From Lama guanicoe (lineage: Eukaryota), in the NCBI GenBank assembly GCA_013239625.1, contig MU053881.1:372001-436000 (forward strand): a DNA stretch of 64,000 nucleotides. Reading direction: 5' to 3'. A program made the translations under genes and the position numbers. Of the stretch, positions 1 to 12,751 are shown one piece after another (within the stretch, counting starts at the first letter, position 1; the number at the start of each line of letters is the position of its first letter). The notes under the pieces are model-generated. The model saw only the letters and a list, made by a program, of their open reading frames with translations. It was not told where the DNA came from and searched no databases.

Positions 1-2645
1 GAAAAGGGGGATATATGTGTTCATATTTTCTTGTACTTGCATCAAGAAGCTCTGGAAAAGTAGGTAAGAAACCAACAAAATCAGTTACTATGGGAGACAG
101 TGTGTGGGGAAGCAGGGTACCCCCACCCCACCCCCACCCCACTGCCACAGGTCGACTGGAGCCCCTGCTGGAGGGAGGAGGGTATCCGCCAGCGCACCTG
201 CCAGGAGGGGCGGGAGGAATGGCGGGGACACTACCGCGGTTCTGCCTGCACCCACCCTATCTCAAGGAAACATCTAACTTCAGGGAGCCATCGCACTCCT
301 CTCCCCTTCCCCGGGCACACCCTGCAGAGCCCCAGTGGGACAGCCTCCAAGAGGTCCTGGCCATCTGCTGTGCCGAGAGGGTGCCAGCAGCCGGCCCACG
401 CAGGCATACGTGACCCTCAGCCAGAGGACACCAGAGGCTGCAGCAGGAGGACAGCCCATGCACTGAGGCCCAGGCCAGGGCCCAGCTGGCAACGTGATGG
501 GGGGTTGGAGGAGGGAGGGCAACACGGGCCGCCCATCTGCTCTCTGGGCTTCCCTGTGAGTCCCAGCGATCCTGGCCCCCAACTCCACTCAACCCCTGGC
601 CTCAGTGACTTGCTGCTCCAGAATCAAGCTGGGTCCGAACCCCACCCCCACCCCCACCCCCACCGTGTGTCCAGCACCCCACACTCAGCCCCCAGTATCA
701 GGCCAGGCCTGAGATGCTCTGGAAGCTTCCCAGCTCATCTCTTGAAGCTGTGACATCCTGGCTTCCCCAGAAAGGACACCTGCAGCCCCACCCACACCAT
801 CTGACAGACCACCCTGCCCAGCAGAGAGGTTTCCAGAATCACATCCACCTCTGATTCTGGCTCATATTTGAGAAAACAACCAGGATCTGGGTCAGGCTGC
901 AGGGAGAAGATGGCAGGTGTCTGGAAGGAGAGAGCAGAACTTGCTGGCCTCGAGTGTTCTGTCTTGTGGAATTAGGTTCAGGTGCCGGGCCCTGGGTGTG
1001 GGGCAGAGGCGGCGCCCACCCCAGAGCTGACCACCGTTCCCCAATGAGCACAGGCTGCCCCCCGCCTGCCCGCATGCCCAGGAGCCTTCCTACCAGGATG
1101 GACAAGAGGCGATTTTGTGAAATTTTACAGTTTCATCAGCTGAAAATTGAACACTTAAACCTTTGCTGGGAAGGTGAAAATAAAGCTGTGGCTTTCCCAC
1201 GGCTGGAACTGTCCAGGCTGCTGTCCACATTGGTTCCCACACCTTCCCGACACTATAACCCAGTCCCCACCCCCACCCCCACACACCCTTGAGACAACCC
1301 TCTGTGGGGCTCCCTCTGATCCCCCATATCAGCTCTGACTCTTCAAGTCCTCTGTCTCTACTTCCAGGGCCACCAGGTCACCCAGGGGGGCTGGATCAGT
1401 CAGAAACAGGCCAGGACCAGGAGCTGTCATGAGGGCAGCAGCGGTGAGATGAGCAGGGTGATGGGGACACTGATCCCTGGAAGGCCCCTGTGGTGAGCCC
1501 ACAGGACCCCACGGTTAAGACTACAGGCTGACTTGAATGTCATGGGGGGCATGGTTGAAACAGTCACAGGTTTGGCCAGGACTCTTGCCCTGAGTGCCCC
1601 CAAAGGCTTCATTCAGGAGCACTGGCCTGTAGGGATCTGTGAAAGAGCCTGAGAGGAAGCACATTCCTCTGCACACTTGTGGACGGGCACCTGCTGCAGG
1701 CCAGGCCCTTGACTCAGTGCAGGGTGGGAAGACATGCGTGCTCTGGCGCCACCTGCAGGAGGTCTGGGTGGAGCAGTCGCCGTGTAATGGCGCAGGAGGG
1801 TTTTCGCTGCCCCACGCGTCAGCAGCCCCCAAGCACTCAACAGTGCTGACGAGGAGGATCTGCTGGTGCCCACCAGGAGTCAGGCCCAGCCTTGGAGGAG
1901 CTGCTGCAGGAAAGCAGGAAAGCAGGGAAGCAGGGAAGGTTCCGCCTAGGAGGAGGAGTATCAGCTGTGCCCAGAGGGATGGAGAACTGAAGATGGTGGG
2001 AGAGCCTTCCTGCAGGAGGGCATAGCTGGACAGGTCAGCAGGTCCTACACACAAAGAGCCTGGAATGCCAGGCTACGGAGGACAGCCATTTGGCTGCACT
2101 AGAGAGAAACTCAACTTAAACAGGCTCATGTGATGGAGGAGTCCACAGAACAGCTTCAGGTACAGCAGGATCCAGGGCCTCACACACTGACCTCGGGAAT
2201 GTTCTCAACTTCCTGACCCTTTGTGGGGACAAGATGGTCCCAACGGTGCCAGTCCACCCGCTCAGGGTCCCCAGGGGAAAGAGCTTCCAAGTGCCACAGC
2301 GTTCTAGGACTGCATCTGAGCCGTCCAGTCTGGATCAGGTCCACTCCTGATTCATTCTTGTGGTCAGTGGCAGGCGGAATACACTGACTGTCCAGGCCTG
2401 GTCAAAAATAACCTTCATTGGGGGTGGGAGTAGGTACTGGAAAGAGCCAGTCCCTAAAAGGTTTGGACTAAGAGTAGAGGAGAGATGGTTTCTAGGGGGT
2501 GCAGTGGCTGTGGGGTAGGGGTCCCTCCCAGGAAGTGATTGCTGGGCTCAGGTGGGCACAAAAGTGCCTGTGGGAGGCAGGCCCCACCCAGCCAGGATCC
2601 CTGGGGACCAGCAGGTCCAACTCTCCCTTGCCATTGCAGGCAGGC

Positions 2646-2822
2646 ATGCCCCAGACACTGAGCACTTCCGACATGGTCACCCCGGGCAGCCTCAGCCCAC
2701 CCCCTACTGAGCCCACGGATGGCGAGCAGGCCAGGCAGCCCCTCCTGGATGGAGCACCATCCTCAGCCTCCCTGGACACCTTAATCCAGCAACTCGTGCC
2801 CACGGCTGACTACTACCCCGAG
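2646..2822 (+). CDS. RASGEF1C: RASGEF1C first coding exon (exon 2; acceptor ttgcag|G at 2640, 6 nt of 5'UTR)
   Basis: ATG at 2646, MPQTLSTSDMVTPGSLSPPP...VPTADYYPE, donor GAG|gtgggt. Confidence 0.95.
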
Positions 2823-2983
2823 GTGGGTGACCCACCCGGTGGGGAGGAGGGGCCGCAGAACGGGCTGTCCCCCACCAGGTGTGGGAGAGACAGCAGGGCC
2901 AGGGCTGCGGGTGGAATAGCCTGGGAGGCACATCCTCCCATGCCTTTGTGAGCACGTGCTGCCTTTCTCCCGTGTCCCCCTAG

Positions 2984-3106
2984 AAAGCCTACATCTTCAC
3001 CTTCCTGCTGAGCTCCCGCCTCTTCATTGAGCCCCGGGAGCTCCTGGCCCGGGTCTGCCACCTGTGCATCGAGCAGCAGCAGCTGGACAAGCCGGTGCTG
3101 GACAAG
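2984..3106 (+). CDS. RASGEF1C: RASGEF1C exon 3 (REM domain)
   Basis: cccctag|AAAGCC, KAYIFTFLLSSRLFIEPRELLARVCHLCIEQQQLDKPVLDK, AAG|gtgaga. Confidence 0.96.
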
Positions 3107-4065
3107 GTGAGAGGCAGGGCACAGCAGGGGGGCCTCTGAGTGTACGCACTCTCCCCTGCCGTGCCCTTGTGCACCAGCCTCCTGGAGAGGCAGTGATTGC
3201 CCCCGTCCTCCTGACACGGAGCCCACAGGGGGTTCTGACTTGTCAGAGGCCTGGAGCCAGAAAGGACAGTCAGAACCTCTAACCCCAGTTCGGTTTTCCA
3301 ATGCCCCAGGGGGGCCCTTGAGCTCACACTGAGCCCAGACCCGGTGCCCCAGAGCCCCATGACTAGGACCCGTACCATCTGTGGCCTGGGATAGCCCTGC
3401 AGCATTTGCTGGGCTCCCTGTCCCCAGCACGCTGTGTTCCACCCTTCCATCTTCTGTGGGTTGACGGACACCCCAGCCTTCCCTCAGTTCCCCATCTCCT
3501 TTCCTCTGTCCCTGGCCAGATCCCACGGGCAGCAGCCACCAATTTATACACGTGTCAGTAAGGCTCCACTGTCCCATGATAGAAACCCAACTTCAACTGG
3601 CCTAAGGCAAAGGGACTTCACTGGCTCATGTAACTTCAAAGTCTCAAGCTACCGCTGGCTCCCGGGGCTCAAACATCGTTAAAAAGTGGCCTTTCCCCCT
3701 AAGACCACCTGCTCCGTAGTCCTGCTGTGGGCCAGCCTCACTCTGGCTCAGGCGGGTTCTCTGCACAGTGACACGTGGCCTCTGCTGATCCAGGCTCAGA
3801 GTCTGCCCTTCCCAGTCCTGTGAAAAGAGGATGCCGACGAATAAAAGACCTGATCTCATTGGCTTAGCTTCGGTCACATGCCCATCTGTGAGCCAATCAC
3901 AGTGCAAGATGGAGGTGTCCCCTGCCCTGATTGGCCAGCACTGATCAGGCGCTCTCCCCGAGCCCTGGGGCGGGGTCAGCTGGGAACTTGGCTGTTTCTG
4001 TGACCCCCACCCCACTTGCTAAGAAACCCTCACCAAACTCAGACAACGCTCGGCTTGCCTTGCAG

Positions 4066-4203
4066 GCCCGGGTCCGGAAGTTTGGCCCCAAACTGCTCCA
4101 GCTGTTGGCCGAGTGGACAGAGACGTTCCCGCGGGACTTCCAGGAGGAGTCAACCATCGGCCACCTGAAGGACGTGGTGGGCCGCATCGCCCCCTGTGAC
4201 GAG
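4066..4203 (+). CDS. RASGEF1C: RASGEF1C exon 4
   Basis: ttgcag|GCC, ARVRKFGPKLLQLLAEWTETFPRDF...APCDE, GAG|gtgggc. Confidence 0.96.
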
Positions 4204-5039
4204 GTGGGCGCGCCGGGCACCGTGTCTCCTCCCTCACACCCAGGGCCTGAGCCCGCTCGTGGGCCTGCCCTGGGCCCCCTGCTCCCTGCCGCAGCCCCTC
4301 TGAAAGCAGCCCCTTTCTGCCGCATCAGGGAGTCAGGCACTGCAGGGCTGGCAGGGAAGCCAGGCCTCCCGTTCCAGGCCTGGTCTCTGGATCTCTCTCC
4401 TGTCCTGCTCCCATCAGTGGCTTCAGAGGGCAGGCAATGAAAGACCATTTGTGGACTCTTGTGATCACATGGTCAGGAATTGTCAGTGACCCACAAGGCC
4501 GGCCAGGCAGAGCCTGCTTCCCCAGTGGCTTGGGATGCAACCAGTGTCCGGCATCATGTGCCTCTGCGCCCCACGTCCTGCCCTGCTCTCCCATCTGCGT
4601 TACTCTGGGGAAGGCACTTAAAGGTGAAAGGAAACCAAAATCCCTACCTCCCAGGATTAGGGTGGAAACCCTGGCAGGGAGTGCATGTCACTGGGAGGAG
4701 ACTGAATGTGGCAAGCTGAGAGCTAGCGACAGGCCCCAAAGTGGGTCTGATCATGGCAGGGCCAGCCGGAGCCACAGGGAAAACTGCGGAGGCAGGCTGG
4801 GCGACAGGAGGCCGTAAAGTCCAAGCCTAACTGGGGTTCAGAAGAGGAGGCTCTGCTCTGGGATCATTTCATATAGCAGGCAAGTTAGCTGTTTGAAGAG
4901 CTCAGGCAGGTGAGGGTCATCTCCTCCTCCGCCTTTGCATCCCCTGATCCATCTGGGATCCACCTGCTGTGGGATGCAGCACAGTCAGAGAAGGCTCAAT
5001 GATTGAATGGGTCAGGAGGATGAAGCAGGGAAGGGAGAC

Positions 5040-5545
5040 ACGGACTGACTGACTGGCTGGGTACACAGTTGGCTACTTTGATGCATGGCATGGAGCCGGG
5101 AAGAGAGATGTTTGGGTGGTTGGGTAGGCAGGTAGATTTATGGGATAAGTGGATGTGGAAAGACTGATGGCAAGAAGTGGAGGAGAAAGGCAGAGATAGT
5201 GGCTAGGTGAGTGGGTACATGGATGAACAGATGGATGGGAAAGCAGGTGAAGGGGCAGGTGGATGTCTGTGCATAGGTGTGGGTGGGTGGGTGAGAACAT
5301 AGTTAGGATGGGTGGATGGATGAATGGACGGATGAGTTGGTAGGTGGATATGTGGGCAAATGGATGGATAGGTGGATGGATGGTGGATGGATGGATGAGG
5401 GCAAATGTTAGAATGGAGGGAAGGATAGATTAGTGAATTGATGGGTCTGTGGGTGGGTGACTGTATAAAAGGTGAGGTGGGCAATAACAGATGGGTGGAG
5501 AAGAGATGGGTGCAGGGACAGTAGATGGATGGATGGTTGGAGTAG
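5040..5545. repeat. Degenerate (GGAT/GGGT)n simple repeat
   Basis: ggatggatgg... runs. Confidence 0.85.
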
Positions 5546-6234
5546 AGGGTGTGTAGCGGGGTGAGAACACACTCTCCTGAGTTATCTCCTTACCCCCCCC
5601 CCAATAGGCTTTCAAGCAGCGTGAGGTCTAAGCCATTGACCAAATGGATTATCTTCCCTTATCAGACCTACCTCTGCTATTGGTGGAGCCATTTCAGAGG
5701 CAGACTCTGCCATTCTGGCCATGGTGGTGTGGGACAGCTGTAAGTCCTGGGCTTGTCTCCTCAAGAAGCAGCGCCTCCTTACCAGCCACCCGAGAATCTG
5801 TCAGGGATGTGCTAGGCACTCTTTTTTAACTATGAAAATAAGCTCCAACCAAGACCCGTGAATGGGCTGTTGAAAGCAGTCACCCACCAGGCGTGGGTTT
5901 TCAGAGCAGAAATAACTCACTCGGGGCATTTCTTATTCCTTTCATTGGAATACAATTAAGTGTGCTGAGTGGTGTGAGCTGCCCACCCACCCATGCAGAC
6001 CCAGGCCGGGGCGCCCCATGTGTCTTTGTGAGCCCCTAGTTGCCCTGCCCCAAAAAGCACCTGCTCCAGGGGGATGTCCTATGGGCACTGTTTCGCCCCT
6101 GGATGCTGCAGGTGGGCTGCAGCCCTCCCAGCACGGGCACAGCCTCAGCTTGGAAAGGAGCTGGTGAGCCCTGAGCCAAACCGGTGGGGCAGGGCCGCAG
6201 GACTCAGAACATGGGGTGTGGGTCAGACCTCCTG

Positions 6235-6880
6235 AGCCCAGATCCAGGCTCAGGAACCACAGCTGTGTGACTCTGGGTAAGACACTTTCCCTCTCTGAAC
6301 TTCAGCTTTATCTGTAAAATGGACATAATGACTGTTCCCACAGCACAGCTTTGCGTCAGAAAGTCCCTAAAGTCACACGTGCTCTCATTTCAGCACTTGG
6401 TGAATGTGAGCTATGATGAGGAATAAATTCCTCCCAAAATTCAGACACATGGGGATTATTTTGAACTTTTATGGAACTTTTGTTATGGAACATTTCAAAC
6501 ATACACAGACAGACAATAGAAACCATGGACTTCTGTGTGCACATCCCCTAGCTTCAACAAGTATCAACGTTCTGCCAAACTTGTTTCTTCTATCCCCTCA
6601 CACACTTCCCCCTCCCTCCAAATTATTTTTTAAACAAATCGTAGACGTTATATCTTTTGCTCCAAAAATATGACAGCATTATCTTGTAAAAGATTTCTTA
6701 CACAGGGATAGGATCAAATGATATAAAGTGCTGTGCACAATGCAGTGAGGTGAGCGCAAGCCTTTTCAGAGCTGTGTGTCTTTGGGCAAGTTACTTAACC
6801 TCTCTGAGCCTTCGGTTAACTTCTGTAAGAGGAAAGATGATAATTCTCCCATCCCAGGGCTGTGAGGAGAACACTGCTGC
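6235..6880 (+). mobile_element. Two MIR copies (~6235-6360 and ~6740-6880) flanking an AT-rich old repeat
   Basis: agctgtgtgactctgggtaag...ctctctgaacttcag...ctgtaaaatgg; gggcaagttacttaacctctctgagcct. Confidence 0.7.
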
Positions 6881-8235
6881 TCAGGGGTGGGGAGGAGATA
6901 GTAGAGGGCCAGGACAGAGTCAGGCTCTCCCATCCAAGTGGCTGTGAAAGGCGACCCCTTTCTCTTTCTTCCTGCCCCCTCTGCCGTTTCCCGGAAGACT
7001 CATGCCCTCTCTGTGCGCCCCACCTCCTCTTGGTAGCTGAGAACAAGAGGGCCAGCGGGGAGCTGAGAAGGCCATTCTCCATGACTCTGGGTCCTGGAGA
7101 ATCCATCCAAGCCTTCCAGCCCCAGCCCCTGTATCGAGGTGCCTGCTCCAGGCCACCCTCTGCTAGGCAGAAGACCCTTCCTTGGGGGGAGGCTCCCAGC
7201 AGACTGGGCTCAGCAGCTTCAGCTCAGGAAGGCCAATGCCGAGGCTGAGGGAGACTGGGGGATCCCAGGGAAGGCCAGAGGGAGACAGGACAGGGGGACC
7301 GCGGTGCCCTGGCCACCCCCACTGGGCTGGCCAAAGGAGGAGGCGGGCCTGACAGGCAGCGCTCCCAGGGACTGGCCCTGCCTTCTCCTCGCACAGCTGG
7401 CTGCTGCTCCCCGCAAGGGCGTGAGTGCTGGGAAGCTGATGGGGGGAGCCAGCTGGGGGGTGCAGGGCTCCTGCCCATGCAGGTGGGCTGAGCCCATAGG
7501 ACATCGGCCACGGGCTGGCTCGGGTGGGCGTGTTCAGGAAACCCCATAAACAAGGGCCGGTACTTGTCTGGCCAGAAATGGGTTCTAATCACAAAACACC
7601 GGTCCAAGAGAACTTGGATGGAGGCATCTGGAGAACCATGGCCACCACGCAGGCCACCACTGGAGAGATGACCTCTGCACTGGCAGCCAGCTCTGTGCAC
7701 ACAGCCCAGGCTCCGTGGGAATGATCGCAAAGACAGGCCAGCCCCTGTCCTCCCAGCGGGTGGGCAGCCGAGCCACCAGGGGATTGCTGAGCCATGCTGG
7801 GCACTCCCTGGTGCTTCAGATGTGGGCTCCTGACCAGGAACATCTTGACATTCTCAGTGATAGGTCCCGGGTCCCCAGGCCCGCCCAGATTCACTGACAT
7901 CTCCCAGGCCGTGGCCACAGGGCATAGAAATCAGTGAGAAAATGAGAGGAGGTCAAAGAGGTCAAAGAGCATCTCCACATTCAGAGGGGAGGCAGAAGAT
8001 TTGGGAAAGAACCAACAGAAAAGCTGGAGGTTAACACCACTGGGAAAAAAATTAAGTGGAAAAGAGAGGGATAGATGGAGGCAGGAGGAACCCAGCATCC
8101 AACCGCAGTGCAGACAGACAATCCTGCTAACAACCCAAGGCAGGAGGAACTGGGCCACTGAGGCAGGTACTCCTGAGATGTGGGCCCTGGCTTTCATGAC
8201 AGGAAGTCTGGGGTGACAGCAGGAGACCATCTGAT

Positions 8236-8479
8236 GGTGACGGGGGTGGAGCCAGATGGGGTGCTGGAGGGATGAGTGGAGATGTGGGAACTCTATAGCC
8301 AGTGTGGCCACCCCAAGACAACTGGCTGGGCAGTGGAGAGATGGGGGCTGGTGGAGGTGACGGGTGTGGAGCCAGATGGGGTGCTGGAGGGATGAGTGGA
8401 GATGTGGGAACTCAATAGCCAGTGTGGCCACCCCAAGACAACTGGCTGGGCAGTGGAGAGATGGGGGCTGGTGGAGGTG
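8236..8479. repeat. 120-bp tandem duplication, 2 copies
   Basis: 8236-8355 vs 8356-8475 differ only at 8245/8365 and 8294/8414. Confidence 0.95.
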
Positions 8480-10023
8480 TCAGGTGGGGCTCAGCGGTGA
8501 CTGACTGTGTCACCGGGGCTGGCTCTAGCTGGACTCAACACACATCTTCCCAGCACTCAAATGAGGACCTGGGAGGCAGCGTGCTGACCACGCTTTTGTA
8601 TGCAGCAAAGCTGAGTGGGGATGTTTCTTCCATAGGTGACAAAGGGAAGAGTCGGACCTCAGTTTACCCCACGCTGCCCAGCCAACCCCTGGGTGCCCTG
8701 GGTCTGCCCTCCACGGCTCTGGGATTAGGGTTAGGGTGAGTGTTAGAGTTTGGGTCAGGGTTCCCTGTGTCCTGAGGGCTCTGCCACAGCTGCCCTGGCC
8801 ACTCCACAGAGAAACTTTCATAAGGGGCTGGGACAACATCTCCACCACCAGAGCTCTGGGCACCACCAGGGCTGGACTCAGTGCTCCTTTGAGCCCCATC
8901 AGGGACTTGAGGAACCACAGAGTTCCCCGGGAAAGCCCTCTGCCCCATCTGCAAATGCCTCTGGGTCTGTTTCAAAGCAGCATGAAGACAGTGCCCTCTT
9001 TCTACCTGAAATTACCTCGCAGTACTGACTGTCCAGCAGCCATTGTCTTCCGAGGCCTCTGGGACCAGGCCCTACTGGACACTCCACCTGTCTGCCTGAC
9101 ACCTCGTTGTTGCCAGGAAGCCAGGCCCTGGATGCCCACCACCACTCCCAGGCCGGCTGCTGGCTCAAGGGGGCTGACTCCACCTCTGGGAGAGCCATTT
9201 GTGGACAGGTCGTGGGGGCCCTGTTCAGTGGGTTACCGACCAAACCTTTGAGAATGTGTGGAAACTCTTGCTTAGTAAACCCAGCCAGTCTAGTAACACC
9301 TTCCTAGGAAACTGGGGTCTTTGAGGGGCGATAATCAGTTTCCCCCTGGGATGGAAGGGTGGTCCCTACGCCAAGCCCAGGGTCAAAAACCCATCCGAGC
9401 TGTGTGATGAGGGATGTCAGTCCAGTAAACGGTTATCAAGTGTCCACTGCATGCCCGGGGCTGTGACAGAGAGAGGTCAGCAGTCTTCCCTGCCCCTGCC
9501 AAGCTATCACTCGGAGTAAACCGCCCTGACCGTCTCCCACAGTGGTCCTGTCAGGAAGTCACACAGGGTGGCTGCAGAAGGACTGCCCGGGGCAGTGGGT
9601 GGACAGCAAGGCCGGGCAGCGAAGGCCTCTCTGAGCTAAGCCGGGCAGACAGGAGGGGAAAGGGCCAGCGCCCTGGGCAGAGCCCATTCCACGTCTCGTT
9701 TTCCTCTCCCTCCAGCTCCCTGGCAGTGCCCATCCCCCCACCCCTCCGCCCACACGGCGAGGGCAGCTGTGGACCCTGGTCACCCTCCCTGATGTGTGCT
9801 CTTCTTGGCTCCCCTGATAATCCTGCAGGCTTCTCCCAGACAGTCTTGACTGTGGCCCCAACCCCAGCCTGCCCTGGGCTGGGTCCTGCTTCAGGGTGAG
9901 GGCAGGTGCCGGCACGCCTTGGAGCAGCCCATCCCTGCCAGCGGGGGAGCCTGCCTGTCTCAGATATTAGCTGTGGGGAGACGGGTGTCCAGGCCTGAGC
10001 AGCCTCTCTCCACCCCACTCCAG

Positions 10024-10224
10024 GCCTACCGGAAGAGGATGCATCAGCTCCTGCAGGCTTTGCACCAGAAGCTGGCAGCTCTGGGCCAAAGGCCGGAAAG
10101 CCTGCTGGGCGCCGACAAGCCCATCTCCTACAGGACCAAGCCTCCGGCCTCCATCCACAGGGAGCTCCTGGACATCTGCAGTGACCCCTACACGCTGGCC
10201 CAGCAGCTGACCCACGTGGAGCTG
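10024..10224 (+). CDS. RASGEF1C: RASGEF1C exon 5
   Basis: ctccag|GCC, AYRKRMHQLL...PYTLAQQLTHVEL, CTG|gtgagc. Confidence 0.96.
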
Positions 10225-10799
10225 GTGAGCAGGCCCATGCCGCCCTCTGGCCAGACCCAGAGCCTGGAACACTGAGAACAGCTGGCCACCCCACCACTCC
10301 CTGTCTGCCCCCCCACCCCCATCTCAGACTAACCCATGGCCTGAGCCCATCTCATCAGGGCCAACTAGGCATCTCCAGAGAGCCCTGACTCTGGAGCAGG
10401 CTCTCACCGCTCCTGGGGTGAGGAACAGGAGGGCTGGAGGGGCCGGCCCCACCCAACTTTGACCTCTGGCCTGCCTGAGAGTCCAGGCCTGGGACAGAGG
10501 ACCTGGGTTCAGATCCTGGCTCTGACACCTCCTGATGTGTGACCCTCTCACAACTAATGCCTGGGAAAGAAAAGAGGGCCTCACTTCCCCCTCCAGGACT
10601 CACACAGTCACACTGCACCCACCCAGCTTTTCAGGGAAGCCCAGACAGCCCTCCTGTTTGTGAAGGGGATGCCGGGGCCTAGCCTTCAGCATACTGGGTT
10701 CCTTGTAGATGCAAAGCCCAAAGGGCCTGCCCCAGAGAGAGGGAGGTAGCAGGTAGGTTTCTTTTCTTTTAAACCTCCAGCACTCAAGATGCCCTTGCT

Positions 10800-11005
10800 G
10801 GTTCCAGGCACTGTGTTCAACACGTACATGCACTCTCTCATTTTATCTTCCCACCACCCTGTCAGGTAGGTGCTATTCTCAGTCCCTTTTCACAAATGAG
10901 GACGCCAAGGCCCAGAGAGTTTAAGTGATTTACCAGCAGTCACACAGCAGAAGGGACAGAGCCAGGATTCAATTCTGCCCCAGACTCCATGCTCTTAGCC
11001 ACTAG
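10800..11005 (-). mobile_element. MIR
   Basis: ttttcacaaatgaggacgccaaggcccagagagtttaagtgattt...gtcacacagc. Confidence 0.75.
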
Positions 11006-11314
11006 GCCAACCCTGGAGGGAGCAGGTCATTTCAATTACCCAATGTCAAGCCTGGTTTCCTAGGATCACATTCCACAAGCATTCCCCATGGGGACACTGA
11101 ACCCTGCCTCCCCTCCCTCACCTCATGAACTGCAGTAGCCCCTCAGCATAGAAAAGGGGGGCTGCCCCCTTCAGGACACTGCTGAGCTCCATGACAACCC
11201 AGTGAGCAGGCAGGTGGGCTGAGACGGGGAGCTGCCGCAGCCCATGCCAGGCCCCCGGGGGCACCCCCTCCCTCCCCTTACCTTCCCCTTTTCCTGACTC
11301 TCCTTCTGGTGCAG

Positions 11315-11389
11315 GAACGGCTTCAACACATTGGACCCGAGGAGTTTGTCCAGGCTTTTGTGAACAAGGACCCTCTGGCCAGCACAAAG
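11315..11389 (+). CDS. RASGEF1C: RASGEF1C exon 6
   Basis: gtgcag|GAA, ERLQHIGPEEFVQAFVNKDPLASTK, AAG|gtaaaa. Confidence 0.95.
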
Positions 11390-11688
11390 GTAAAAGGCCC
11401 TTGGATGGACTGTCCCAGCAATGACCCCTACCCACTGGCCCCTGTGGGGGATCCCCACTGGAGGGGCCTAGAGCAGAGCAGATGGGCTTGGAGCGGCCGT
11501 GCCAGCTCCACCCTGTCCCTAGCCCAAGACCCTCAGCTCTGAGTCCCGGGGAAGCCCGGGAGGGAGGGCCAGGTCACCTGCCCAGCGAGGGTGGAGGGGA
11601 GGGCAGGGTGGGGAGGGGGTGGGGGGAGGGCGCACCGGGGCCGCTGCACGACCCCCGTGCGCCCTCCCGGTGCGTTTCGGTGGGCGCC

Positions 11689-11706
11689 GATGCCCTCTAG
11701 CGGCCA
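11689..11706 (-). promoter_or_regulatory. Candidate CTCF site in an intronic CpG-rich patch
   Basis: Minus strand reads TGGCCGCTAGAGGGCATC, fitting the CTCF core CCRSYAGRKGGC. Confidence 0.65.
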
Positions 11707-12751
11707 CTCGGGGGAAGAGCTGGTGCGCGCTGCCCACGGATGGATGCACACTCCTCCCTCTGAAGGTGCGCCAGGCGCTCAGGACATGGTCCACAGACCG
11801 AATTTGAGAGCCGGCCCCTCCTTTCTCACAGCCCAACCAGCGGTTTGCCTGGTGCTTATCAAGGAGTTACATCTGAACCAGAACCGAAACCATTCTGTCT
11901 TCAGCCCTGGCACCTAGTAAAAGAAATGCAAACTAAATGTACAATCATATTTCACCTCTCAGATAAGCAAAGGTTAAACATTGTGGGTGTGCATGTGTAG
12001 GGGGAGGGACACTCATCCACCGCCGGTGGGGGTGAAATTGGCACGGCCACTCTGGAGGGCAGCAGGGCAAGTGCGTCAGCACTTGGAATGTACACTCTGG
12101 ACCCCAGCTTTCCACAGCTAACAATTCATCCTGAAGATGTGCACACCCACGTGCACAAAGATGTGTGCACAAAGATACCTGGGCTGTCTCTCTGGGCTTT
12201 ATGACCAAAGGCTGGAAGCAAACTGCCTTACCATCCGTGGGGTCTGCATTAAAAACTCTACGACATCCATACGTAGAACCCTAGGCAACTCTTAAAAAGG
12301 ATGAGAGCAACTGTAGGAGTGGAATAATCCCCAAAGGTCCATCGTTGAGGGAGGAAAGTAGAATGAACAGCAGTGACAGAGTGTGTGACTGTCCGTGTAG
12401 CACCAGCAAAAAGGGGGTGCGTGATACGCATTTGCTCGCACACATGTGGGCAGTCTCTAGGAGTGCTGGGCACTCTCGGGAGCCCAGCCTGGGGCTGGGG
12501 GCAGGCGTGGAAAAGAGACTTGGCTGCTCCTCGTGGGCATTTTTCTGTTTTGTTTTGTTTGGGGCTTTGGCTATTTCCAAGTATTATTTCTTTTATTGTG
12601 AAATACATCGAGGTTGCACGTGGTATCTGTTTACCCACGCTCCTGGGGATGAAGATTTGGGTTGTTTCCAGCCCCATGGCTATTACAGATATTGCTGCTG
12701 TGAGCATTCTTACATATTTCCAATGTATGAGGGGACATTTTTTTCCTAGGG

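Noticed and set aside
2813..3577. 254-aa antisense ORF, and similar ones at 9551-10297 and 3945-4448
   Set aside because: Antisense shadows of real exons plus GC-rich intron; no recognisable domain
8236..8479. CRISPR-like array
   Set aside because: Two contiguous copies with no spacers, eukaryotic context, no cas genes
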